Positions 24,501 to 38,500 of a stretch of 64,000 nt of DNA are shown piece after piece; the stretch's first letter is position 1; each line of letters begins with the position of its first letter. The notes beneath the pieces were generated by a model. The model saw only the letters and a list, made by a program, of their open reading frames with translations. It ran no database searches and was not told where the DNA came from. A program made the position numbers and the translations under genes. Source of the stretch: Octopus sinensis (taxonomy: Eukaryota); NCBI RefSeq assembly GCF_006345805.1, contig NC_043015.1, positions 19,220,001 to 19,284,000 of the forward strand. Reading direction: 5' to 3'.

Positions 24501-27500
24501 GGTTGGGCCAGGTAAGGAAGGTAATATTGGAGAAAAGTAAGGGACAAGTGTTACAGTAGGAGTAAGAACAAAAGTGGGTTCCAAGTTACGTGCAGAGGGT
24601 TGGGAAAGAGCCCCAGACAACTAGATGACATAGATTAGAGACGCAAAAGGAGAATGTTTGATAATAATAAAGACGTCGAGAAAGTTAATTCTGATGTCAG
24701 AAATGCAGGAGGAGAATTCTATGGAGAGAAAAAAAGTTTATAAAAGGGATGAAGGTATTGCATTGTTCAGGGAGCAGGAATGGCACCAAAACATTGGTTA
24801 ATGTAATGAGTGTATAGCTTACAATTTGAGACAGTGAACTGTGAGATCTAGCCTCAGACATAAAGAAGTTCAAATTTTTCTACTAATTAAGAACTTGAAG
24901 TTAAGGAATATTAAGCATGAGTTCCAAAACCACTGAGAAGTTGATTCACATTAAAAACTGTCACCAGATTTTTGTCCAATCAGTTAAAAAAAAAACTTAT
25001 ATCAATGGATAAATGCACTTACCATGAACTCATCACAAGCAACATTAGTGACCCCTAGTAATTGTTAAGAAACTTATCACTAATAGGATTGAATCCTCCA
25101 TATTTTTCATTGATTACAGAATCATTAGCAAGTCTGGCAAAATGCTTAGCAGTGTTTCATCCATCTTCACATTGAGTTCAGATTCCGCCAAGGTCAGCTT
25201 TGCATTTCATCCTTTCAGGGTCAATAAAATAAGTACCAGTTGAACACTAGAATGGATATAATCAACTTATCCCCTCCTCCAAACTTTCTGGCCTTGTGCC
25301 AAAATTTGAAACCAATGCAAAAACTAATTTCTGTGTGTCAGTGTGTCACACTTTGAGCCCCACCCTCACTATTCAGTGACACACCCATATGTAATGAAAA
25401 GGTTTTTTCCCATTATTCTTTTACTTGCTTCAGCCATTTGACTGCAACCATGCTGGAGCACCACCTTTAGTCAAACAAATTGACCCTAGGACTTATTCTG
25501 TGTAAGCCTAGTACTTATTCTATCGGTCTCTTTTGCCAAACCACTAAGTTACAGGGATGTAAATGCAACAGCATTGGTTGTCAAGCAATGTTGGGGGGAC
25601 AAACACAGACACACAAACATATACACATACATACATACATACATACATACATACATACATACATACAAACATACATGCATACATACATACATACAATGGG
25701 CTATAGTAGAAGACACTTGCCCAAGGTGCCATGCATTGGGACTGAACCCGGAACCATGTGGTGGGTAAGCAAGCTACTTACTACACAGCCACTCTTGCAC
25801 TTGTAAATGTGTTTCATTATGTATATATTATGACCACAACTTCATAGATGGTTATATCTATATCATTAGAGAATTAAGTCCAAGTTAAATTCTTCAAAGT
25901 GATGTAAAGTATAGGTATATGTGAGGAAATAAAATGGCACGAAATATTTGAATAGATAGAGATACTTATTCTTTAACCACATAACCTGAAATTTTATATT
26001 TATAAACAAACACACACACACAGATATATAGATACTTAGATACACAAATATATATGAATACATATGTACATATATAAATACATACATACATAAATACACA
26101 CACACAGACATGTACACACACACACGCTCACACACACACACACAAACATGTACACACACGCGCACAATCACAACACACACACACGATGGCTGCAACTCGA
26201 TTTCAAGTAATGTCATCACTTGATTGTTGTCTGAAACATGAGCAGCATGAATTTAACTCATCTTTCCGTAGGTGTTACAATATTCTTTTGTTGATGTTTC
26301 AGTTTACTTCCTTATGCTCATTTTTCCCACATTCCCTACAAGAAGAGATGCCATATAATATATATAGTTAACAACATTCCTGCGTATTTGGTTTACAAAC
26401 ATCTCCCTTGAGCTGGTCATGCTCAATACAATTTTGTTCAACTTCCCCTCCTCTCATCAAGCACTGTTTTCCTCCATAGTGAACAATCTAGAATGAGGTT
26501 TTCCCATACCATTTTTCCAAGATTTTGATCATATTCTTGATGCAGTCCTTATACCTTGATCTCCATTTGTACACCGGTCTTTTACACTGAGCTAACTCAT
26601 CGTACAGAAATTGCTTGAAGATCTGATTATCTTTCACTCTGACCACATGACCACTCCATTGCAGTCAGTGCTGAAGTACTAAGGACTTTAGATATGTATA
26701 TATAGACTGACTGTTTTCAAGGATTTCAACATCACTTACATACAGTGAGGTGAAGAATGAGGTACAGCATAGGCTTTGTAACATTAACCTTATTCTTTTA
26801 TGAAATCTTTCCAATGCAATATTTCATATAATGCTTTTAAAAAGAATTGGAATGTTTTTGAAGGAAGAATTCAGCTTGTGTTTCCATGTGCATTCAAATG
26901 AATCTATCTATTCAGAGACATTTTCTTTCATGGATGCACATTAAAGATATGATTTCTAACTTGGTGTACAAAGCATTGACATTATATTTATTTTATCAAC
27001 TTCAAAGAATGAAAGGCAAAGTCTACCTCAGCAGGATTAAGCACATTCTTAGTATAGCTAGGATCATGTCCCAAAGACTAGCCCTTCTCTTCAAGGCCAG
27101 AAAATATGTCAGTCCCCAACAGCTGCTGAGATTCTATAAGGATTATAAAGGAGTATGAACCATATCTGGGTCATACTGTAGCTACACCTGGACATCGTGG
27201 ACTGCATCTAGAGAAGGCCACTCAAATGATTAGCATTCAGTCTTTAATGGAAATACTCCAGTCTCTCTGTCTTTCCTATTGTTATGGTTAGCTTCATACT
27301 GCCACCATTCAGACACCCTTTAATCCCTCATCTTTCCACATCTTATCACCCTTGTACATCCAACTCCTCCAGCCCTGTGCAAAACATTATGTTCAGTCCT
27401 TTCTTCCTAGATTGTCATTCCACTGGAATCTCCTCCTTGTTCATGTCTTTCTGCTGGTGTTGACCTGCAACGATTTAAACAAAACATTAACAGCATCAAC

Positions 27501-30147
27501 CTCACAAACTTCACAAGACCTGCAAGCATCATAGCCACTGCCACTTCTCTAGACTCAGTAAGAGAAAAAAATGTAATTACCAGTGAGGTGTATATTGCTG
27601 ATGATAGTGCTACTATAATTATGGAACACCACATTGGGAATTGTGTCACTGTAATAAGATCAGATTACAAGATTAACCAAAAGTTTCACAACTTATTTAA
27701 AAATTTCTCTAAATTTTACAAATAAGGATTCAAGCTGAAGAATTAGGTTATTCTTTGTGATATTTCTGAAAATGACGAAGCTGTTATTGGCTGATATTTT
27801 CTGCTATACATCCTTGATGGATGTCAGAATATTTTTTTTTAATTTGTCCTCCAATAAAATTAATACAATCAGGAAAATATGGATGAAGTCCTTATCAATA
27901 AAGCCACAATGTAGAGCTAACAAAACTTGTTAAAATGTATAACTTTTCCAAAGCAATGCATTTTTAAAATCCACCAATTGCCATCATCATCATCATTAAG
28001 TCATGTTGGCATAGTTTAGATAGCTTATTATATATCAATATCTGTGTCAGTCTTTCATAATCTCTTGTATGAAGCTCACCATCTTCTCTTACTACTTTTT
28101 TGTTTGATTACATCTTTATTCTACTTTTTTCATTGGTTTCCTCCACTGACAGTACATAGTAATTTTAAATCAAACACTTATTGTTAATTGGTATCATATA
28201 TCTACATGAGAGCAACCATCTACCCAGTGTGTATTGATATTGGTAGATGATTTTAATGCCGTCTTTTTTTTTCATACAAATTATTATTACACATCTAATA
28301 GAACACAACTGATCTTTCTAGCAATTGCTGAATTTCTAGATTTGAAATTCATGTCTCATTACCATGTAGTATCACATTTCTAAAATGAGCTTCATTTAAG
28401 CTTGACTTTTATCCATCAAACCTGCTGGGCAAGAGACCCTATCACATGCCTTTTCAAAACCATAGAATGTCTTGTTCTAAACCGAGACATTCTCTTGCCT
28501 TTAACAAGAAATATTACGTCTGCAGTTCAATGCCTCATAAACCTAAATTGCACATCATCAAAATTAACCATATCTTAAACTAATTTCCCCAAAACTCTCT
28601 GCTACTTTCAAGACATAACTCACCAGTTTAAAGCTTCTGTAGTTACTACTATCTAGTAGACACCTTTTTCTTCTACAGAAGTTGGCTAAGATACTCATAT
28701 ACATGTTATTAAAGAGATTAACAACTAAGTATAGACATGCAGGTATTTTGCAAATACTTGATGGAGTGATGACCATGCCCTGCATAGTTATGCACTACCC
28801 TTTGGCAAGGCATAGCACCCATTCAGCTAACCCACCAGGGATACAACAAAGTCATGAGTCTGCAGCATTATGGATTGTGAAGAGGTAACAGAAGACCTCA
28901 ACTGAGCCAATGGTGCTTCTTACATTGATGCTGAGCAGAGGAATCCTAGAAGATCAATGGTCAGGATCACCAAGCTCTATCAAGAAAGTAACTGCAATGT
29001 ATCCATAGGGGTGGCGTCCATGGTTGTGTAATCAGCTAATGAAATATTTACTATGGCTCAGGCTTCCAATTCAAATTCATAATAATGATGGAATTGTGTG
29101 GTGGCAGAGAGCCATGGGAATCAGCAAAAGCAGCATAAAAGAAAAAAATCAACTAAGTAACTCCATAGTTTGATACTTTCAATGTCTCAGTTATTATCTA
29201 TGATAGGCCAGATGCTTACCATGCCTTCATCTGTTAGCCTTAGTAACCATAGTGAAACTAACCTCAATAGCTGGTTCACTGTTGCTTTTCTTTGACATTG
29301 GCCCTCATTATTCTACCACTCATAGTTTCATTTAAAACTTCTCGAAAATAATACTTTATGCTCCTTTCTTTTAAGTACATTAATGCTCATCTGTCAGCTT
29401 AAAAATATTCTATTGTTTGATTCCTAACTTGCTTTTCTTTTTCTTAATTTTCTGTACATGCAAATCCATCAGATTTTTTTATCATAATATAAACAGTTTT
29501 AGCTTCTCAAAATATTAACCATCATATTAAAAAGCGACACTAATATTGAAAAATATATTTACATACCTGCTTCCAGTGCAATACTAGGTCCATACAAGAC
29601 AATTCCTAGGTAACAGAGCTGAAAATATAAAGAGCAGAAATATTTGGTTAGCACGGAAAGCGGACGTTAAACGGTGATGATGATGATATCATTTTACATG
29701 TATTTCATTAATAATGAAAATAATATCTGTTATATAAGAACTTATAAGCAGATTATGTAATCAAATCTTCAGAGATTGCATAACTTGCATTAGAAATTTT
29801 TAGGATTTATACTTGACTGTGAGCAGTGTTACAGTATCAAGGAACATGACTACTGAGCTAAAATAGGTTAAAGAATTTGCCAATATAGATAGTAAAGGAA
29901 AGATAAGGAATTACATCTGTCACCAATGTCTATTAAAATTAAGACAGATATGGCTATAGCTACTAGATTTCAAAGATCTTATTTATTTCTTGCATTAGGC
30001 AGCTAAGCTGTTAATTATCATACATTTTCACTGACACTAATCAGCACACACACATATACTCATCAATTTACAGAAACATATATATCCACAAATTTATATA
30101 TATCCCCATCTAGATACACAGGTATACTTACATACCAATATACATGC

Positions 30148-30218
<71 letters not shown>

Positions 30219-33200
30219 GTATATATATATGTATATATATATATATATATTCATCATCATTATCATCATTTACTTATTTAACATCTGCTTTCCATGCTGG
30301 CAAAGACGATGTGACAGGAGCTGGCCATCTGGGGAGCTGCCCAGGTTCCAACTGTCTATTTTGGCATAGTTTCTACAGCTGGATGCCCTTCCTAATGCCA
30401 TCTACTTTACAGAGTGTACTGGGTGCTCTTTACATGACACTGGCACAGGCGTCTCTATGTGACACCAGCATGGGTTCTTTTATGTGGCATCAGCATGGAC
30501 ACTCTCATGTGACACTGGTATGAGTGCTTTTTATGCCACACCAGCACCCACAAGATCTCAATGGAAGGGCCTCTTGACTGAGAGATGGATGAAGAGGACT
30601 TATCTGTATGTATGGACAGCCAAAGTTTTACTTAGCTTGACATGTCTTCTCAAGCACAGCAACCCTCCAGAAGTCTCAGTCCTTTGTCATTCCTCTGTGA
30701 AGCCCAACATTTGGAATCCTTTCTCACTACTTTGTCCCACATCTTAGGTCTACTCTTGCACAGGTTCCCTCCACAATTAGAGATCAACATTTTTTAATGC
30801 AGTTGTCCTCATCCATATACATCACATGCAGTCTTCTCTCTTGCACCCTACAACTAATGCCTCTTATACCTAATTTTTCTCTCGAACCATTTACATTCAG
30901 TCATACATCCACAGACATTACCTATCCAGCAGAGCATACTGGTTTCATTTCCTTCAAGCCTTTGCATGTCCTCTAAAGTCATAGCCCATGTTTCACTACC
31001 ATGTAACATATCTGTACATACACAGGCATTATACAATCTGCCCTTCGCTCTGAGAGGGAGAGATCCTTTGTTCCCAACAAAGGTAGTAGCTCTCTGAATT
31101 TTGCCCAGCTTGTTTTTATTCAAGTAACTACATTTTCAGAACTTCTTCCCCCACAGCTAACTAGGTGGCCTAGGAAATGGAAATATCTACTACTTCTAAG
31201 GATCCCTCCAGACATTTGAGGAAGTCTATTCTCTGTATATTATTAGTGTTTATTGTATCAGCACATCTGACACATACAAAGGCTGCTTTTTCTGTTAACC
31301 TGCACATGATATCACTACACTTCTTATGTGTCCATAGCTTGCACTGGATACACCAAATGGAGTTTCTACCAACACCGTTCCTACATATCAAGCAGAACCA
31401 TCTCCCTGAAGGGATTTGAGATTTGTCTGTCTTCTTACATACTAGGATTTTAGTCTTAGCTAAATTAACTCTATGGCCCTTAGATTCCAGACCTTGCTTC
31501 CACACCTGAAATTTCCTCTCTAGTTCAGGTAGTGATTCAGCTATAAGAACAAGGTCATCAGCATAGAAGAAAGTTGTCAGAAGTTAGTAAAATACTTTTT
31601 ACTATTACTTATTAGCTTAAAAACTGACTTTTAAGCACAGGGCTAACTGGGCCTGCAGCCCAAAACTGAAAAGAGCTAAATAGCATGACTATAATACATC
31701 TATAATGATTATATGCCCTGGTGGTGTTTGATCAGAGGTTAAGGATGGATGAGAGTTAATTCTGTAATGCAATCATTCTATTGTTCCAATCCCGATCTGA
31801 ATTCCAACCTGGTCAATTTAGCCAATTTGAATTCCAGTGTTGGCTAATTTGTCCCAAAGTTCTTATCTCAACATAAGATTAATGAAGCTAATGTCATTTA
31901 TCTCCCCCTTGATCTCTGACATCATCTGACAAACACCAACCAAGATGGCATGAATCAGCTAAGTTTTACCTGCTAGAAATAGCAACCCAAATACTTTTAA
32001 ATCAGATCCCAATGCTGGATGTTCAAGAACCAAATGAAAGGCAGATTTTCAATCCCAGGATCATCCTGATTCCAAAAAGTTATAATATGTCTATGTCGAG
32101 CAAATGTAGACTGAGAAACAGGGGTCTCAGAGGGACAGAATTTCATATTTATTATCATAGAGATATAGGCAGTGAGTTAGCAGAATCATTACCACATCAG
32201 ACAAAATGCTTAGCAACATTTCTTCCAGTATTATGTTCCAAGTTCAAATTCTACTAAGGTTGACTTAACCTTTCATCCATTTGGGATCGATAAAATAAGT
32301 ACCAGTGGAGCACTGGAGTCAATTTCATCAGTCAATGCAATTGCCTCTTTTCCTTCCACAAAATTTCAGACCTTATTCCTATAGTAGAAAGGATAATTAC
32401 TTACATTGAGGTTGACTTTGTCTTTCATCTTTTTGAGGTGGATAAAATAAGTATTAGTCAAGGTCTGGGGTCAATGCAATTGACTAGACCTCCTCCCCAC
32501 AAATTTCAGGCCTTGTGTCTATAGTAGAAATATTTTTTACTAATCATTTTCTTTAAGCACTTTCATTCCTGATAGAAGTTTTCAAAATTGTAGGATATTA
32601 AATATATTGCTTCATATATGAATATGTAACAGATGTCAACAGTTTATTGAAAAAAATGCCAGGAATTCAAATACTTTTGATAAATTTATTTACTTTTGTT
32701 TGGGGGTTGTATAAAGACTGTTTGAGAGTGGCCTATAAAGAGTGGTATTTTTGTCCATATGGGCCAGCCATTTATTGATTTCATGGTATATAGGAAATGT
32801 CAGCTGTTTATTGAAAAATGAGACAAAGAACAAGAGATTTCTGGTTGGTTATTTTGATGACAAGTCAGTTCAGAAATGTCTAGCTGTTTATTAATTTCAA
32901 TATATTGTTGGTTTTAATCTGGAGCTGTCATTGAACAGTCTTAAATATTTGTATGTACGTGTGTGTGTGTCTGTGTGCGCGTGTGTGGTGATTGTTTAAA
33001 AATTTGTGTTTGTAACAAAGGCAACATCATCATGAATATCTGATGATGACTTGGTTTGGTTAATCTGGAAAAATCATTTTTGATAAAATTTTCCATGTTT
33101 CTATAAATATGATACGAGTTTAATTATGGAGCAAATGTTTCATAAAATGTTTCTACATTTTCTTGTGATATTTTGAACCATTCCTTGGGAAAATCTTGAA

Positions 33201-35475
33201 TTTATTGTTTCTGTGGATTTCTAGATGTTTTTTTCAATGAGATCTTCTGAAATTTATCTTTATTTTCTTGCTCATTCACAAAGAGTTTCCAATCTGACTG
33301 ATGAAATTTTCTTCATAGATGGGGCAGGTTATGCAATATAATAGGTTTTGTGTTTGGCAGTTCATGCTTGCATTTATTTAAAAAAATAATTTGCTTTTAA
33401 ATTTTATATTGGATCCAGTTTCCAAATATGTGAGGTCATTACTGCTGCCTCCACAAGCTCTTTAAAGAGTTCAGAGTTATCCCCTGACATGAACTGTGCC
33501 CTTGTAAGATATGTGTTTAGATATTTTCTTTGACAAAGTCTTTCATTTTGGGGCTTAGAAATAGGATTGGAAAATTTGCATTTACATTGTCACTCTTGGG
33601 TTATATGTGTTGACAAATGGAATAATATTCTCAACTTTTCTTCTAGGTATTCTCAGCTGTTAGATCCAGTCCCTTTGAATTTCTAATTTCATTATCTATT
33701 AATTTCAAGGGATAGTTTTGAAGCTGTAGTAACCCTTTAAGTTCAGCAGTCAAATTTATACCTGTCTCTTCCCTGCCTTTTTTTTTTATTTATGTTTATG
33801 TTGGTCCATCTGGAATGCTAGGTATTGTTAGTTGCAATCTGTGATTCTCTGAATCTTCCATGAATCCTACTTGTATTGTGACTCTTATTTTACCTGCTTT
33901 TCCTGTTTTTTCCAAGGTGTATTTATCCATCAGGTATATGGATGAATTTATATCTTCCCTATCTTATGTGTTTGTTTGCATGAGTGTTATATTTTGAAAT
34001 CATAGTGTACAAGTTTTCAGTTTGCACTAGAAATCTGCTTGAGGTCATTTCTGTATATGTTTGGGGATGTATGGAAACATGTTATGAGGTCATTTCTTTA
34101 TATGTTTTTGGATGTTTCTTTCTAATCTATTTCCATCTGTCATTTATTTGTCTATACTTTCACATCATCGTTTTGTTTGTATTATGGACTTTTTTTCATA
34201 CTTTTTTCTTGTAATTAGTAAACAACTTTTGTTATTTTCCCTACATTTTATGGACTTTCTTCTTCTCATTTGGTATCTTCATTCCATAATTTGGAAGTAT
34301 TCTTATAAGATTGGAAAACTTGGAAGCTAGAATATGCTCTAGCTTCTTCATTTTAGTAACACACTTTCCCACACACGTGTATGTGTGTGTGTGTGTTTAC
34401 ATGCATTTATGTTGGTCCATCTGGAATGCTAGGCATTGTTAGTTGCAATCTGTGATTCTTTGAATCATCCATGAATCCTACTTGTATTGTAACTCTTATT
34501 TTGCCTGCTTTTTCTGTTTTTTCCAAGATGTATTTATCCATATATATGCATACACGCATTTGTAATATATATGCATATATATGGTGAGCTGGCAGAACCG
34601 TTAACACGCCGGACGAAATGCGTAGCCGAATTTCGTCTGCCCTTCACGTTCTGAGTTCAAATTCCGCCGAGGTCGACTTTACCTTTCATCTTTTCGGGGT
34701 CGATAAATTAAGTACCAGTTACGCACTGGGGTCGATGTAATCGACTTAATACCTTTGTCTGTCCTTCTTTGTCCCCTCTATGTTTAGCCCCTTGTGGGCA
34801 ATAAAGAAATATATATATGTATATATTCTTTATTCTTACTTGTTTCAGTCAATTGACTGTTGCCATGCTGGAGCACCACCTTTAGTTGAACAAATTTATC
34901 CAGGACTTATTCTTTGTAAGCCTAGTACTTACTCTATCAGTCTCTTTTACTGAACCGCTAGGTTACAGGGACGCATCAAAATTGGTTGTCAAGCGATGGT
35001 GGGGGGACAAACACAGACACATAAATATACACATACATATATATATATGTATAATAACAAAGGGTGAAATTAATTAATTAAGAAGTAATCAATAATTTCA
35101 CCAAGTAGAATTCGGCATGAAAAGGACCATATCATGGTCCGAAATTTAGAAATAACAGTCTAAACCGAAGTTTAGAAATAGCAGTCAAAAAATCTTAGCT
35201 AAGATTTTTTGACTCCTATTTCTAAACTTATATGTATGTATGTATGTATGTATGTGTGTGTGTGTGTGTGTGTGCGTGTGTGTGTGTATGAATGCATGCA
35301 TGCATGTATGTAAGTGACATGACTCTTTCAGTTTCTGTCTACCAAATCCACTCACAAGGCTTTGGTTGGCCAGTGGCTACAGTAGAAGACACTTGCTCGA
35401 GGTGTCACGCAGTGGGTCTGAACCTGGAACCATGTGGTTAGGAAGCAAGCTTCTTACCACACTGCCACTCCTGCA

Positions 35476-35520
<45 letters not shown>

Positions 35521-38500
35521 CTTTACATGCACACAGACACACGCACACATTATCATTATCATTTAATACCTGATTTCCATACTGGCATGGTTAGATGGTT
35601 TGACAAGAACCAGTAAGCCAGAAGAGTGTGCCAAGCTCCTCTCTACTTTGGCATAATTTTTTTGACTGGATGCCCTTCCCTATGCCAACCACTTTACAGG
35701 TTGAACTGGAGGCTTTTTACATGACACCAGTACCAACAAGGTCACTTGCATGACATAGATCCTTTGAGAGGAGGGTGGTATTGAAAGAAGTGGCTTTGTG
35801 CCAGGTGATGAGAGGTTAGAGTATAACAGGACAGAAACAGGTGGCCTTCTATAGAGGAGATACATGGTTACCCCAGAAGAAATTTATAAATATTTTGACA
35901 TTAATAAGAGTGATAGTATTCAGCATGCACAAATGATGGCGGAGACTTGAGAAAAGAGTACTACAGAAGAGTTAAGCTGATCCTGAATACTGAATTAAAT
36001 TCCAAGAACTATGTAAAAGCTATTAACAGCTTAGCAGTGCCTGATGTACAATATGGTTTTAATGTCATCGACTGGAACTTAGCTGAACTTGCATCTGTAT
36101 AGGTAACCCTGGCTTTATTTGATTATAAAGTTAAACATGAGACAGAGTTGACCAATACATTCAATGGACTTTGCAAAAGTCTTAGTGCAAAACATGCAAG
36201 AAGTTGGTATGGATACCAATTTTAATCAGTGGTTGAAAGTATCAACAACACCATCTTTGAGATTTTACAATACATACTGATTGCACAACTAATATCAACA
36301 ACCCAGATCTTATTGTTCAAGACACCGAAAAGAAGGCCTACTTATAGTATAACAATACCATCTCAAAAACTGTACCTGCCAAGGAATAGGGTAAACTTGC
36401 CAAATATAACTGTTTAGAAACTGAAATAAGCACAATGTGGCATCTGAAGACAAAACAATACCAGTTGTGAATAGCTTCCCTGAAAAAAAAAACCCTGGTA
36501 AACCTAGCATGTCTGAAATCCAGAAAATAGCGCAAAATGATAACACTCACACTCTACATAAATTCTTGTTCTTATAACCTATATTCTGAAATTTTTTTTT
36601 CTTTTCTGTCATTACTTGAGCCAAGAATGAAAACCCAACAGCCACTGGCATGAAGGTGTGGTAGGGAGTTTGCTTCCCAGCCACATGGTTCCAGGTTCAG
36701 TCCCACTACATGGCATCTTGGGAAAATGTCATCTACTATAGCCTTGGGCTATAGTAGAAGATATTTGCTCAAGTGCCTTGTGAAGGGATTTAGTAGAGAG
36801 GAACTGAAAGAAGTTCATCATTTGTGTGAGTGTGTGTGTGTGTTTGTCTTCTGCCATCACTTAACAAATGGTGTTGATGTATTTACATCCTCATAACTGA
36901 GCAGTTTGGCAAAAGAGGCCACTAGAATAAGTACCAGGCTTAAAACTGAAAAATAAGTACTGAGGTCAATTTGGTGAATTAAAATTCTCTAAGGTGCTGC
37001 CCAAGCATAGCCATAGTATAATGACTGAAACAAGTAAAACAAAAAAGTACTGGAAACTATGTTGAGTGATAACATTATACTACAAAGCCTACTCTAAGTT
37101 GCTGTTTGTCACTCAGCAGGTCAATATCAACAGAAAATAACAACAACAACAATAATAATAATAATCCTTTCTACAATAGACAAAAGACCTGAAATATTTT
37201 TAGGAGAGGGGATAGTCGATTACATCAACCCCAGTGCTCAACTGGTACTTATTTTATCAACTAGGATGAAAGGCAAAATCAACCTTGAGAGAATTCAAAC
37301 TCATACACACATAAGATATTCAACATAACTCCTCAAGTCAAGTCATGCTTGGTTACTAAGTGTGTGGTTGCAGTGCATGCATCTCAGGCAGGTTAGAGTT
37401 TATCCTGAACTGGTAGTCCCCCCAACCACTTAGTATCACTGCCAAGCCAGGGATTTCTGGAGATCATTCTTGGGTCTTGGCCCAAAAGACCTCTAAAACA
37501 GACTAGCCAGCTGATTTTCATCAATGCCCAAAATGTCATGTTTGCTTCTAGAAGCAAAAGTGGGACTTCCACCTCTCATGTTGTTCAACAGGCTGTAAGT
37601 ACTTGACAATATTCCTAACACCAAGAACCTTGATTTGGTCTTTGCTTGACCGTGGATTGCTTCTCGGTCAAAGAGACAAGTTGTTGAAAGGTCTGTCTGA
37701 CAAAAGGTAGCCATGCCTGTTCACCTTCAAGGAATTGCTGGAGATGGTATAGCTTTTGTGCATGTTTGCATATGTTGTCTCAGTTCTTTTCCACTCAGAG
37801 ATCTGGACCAAACCAGGTCTTGAGCAATTTAACTGGTCCCACAATGCTGTTGGACAGCATGGACCTACCTCTTCAGGTACCAAGCTGCCAGCCCACTGAC
37901 TTTTCTCGGTTGCTTCTGCCTCTTTTCACTACTTCATAGTTATTTAGAGTAGTGCTTGCTGAACATCTCTGGTGTCTGGTGTCTGCATATGTGGTCTTAG
38001 TTCATGCAGGATACACCTCACTGTCTCTAGTTTCCACAGTAGTTGCTCAAAAGTCAGTTCATACAGAAGAGACAAAGGAGACAACCTCTACTGACCAAGC
38101 ACGAAATACTGAATGGTTAAGATAAGTGGCCATTCACATAACCAGTGAGTAGATTTCACTGTACATTGCAGTGATTCAAATATCATGTTTTGGTGGTCAA
38201 TCCTATTGAAAGCTTTCAATTAATCTAAATTTATCAGAACCCCACTCATGCCAGGCTCTTTGCCCAAACACTCTGTGGTGTATTGTATGAGATGGAGAAT
38301 GTTCTGGATAGGTCTGTTTGGGATGGCAAAAATTTGCAAATCACCAATCAGGCCAGTAATGACATGCACAAAGTAAAGCCCATAGGGCAGATCATCCAAA
38401 CCAGGTGATAAACTTGCCCATTGTGCAGCCAACCATCATTTTCCACATTTCTGCAGCTGTTGTTGGTTTTTCATGACAAGCTGTCGAGACAGATACTGAA

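Noticed and set aside
32845-33075. Degenerate TGATGA...GAAATGTC and CTGATGA motifs near the decayed PLE
   Set aside because: Core or stems are broken; at most fossil HHRs.
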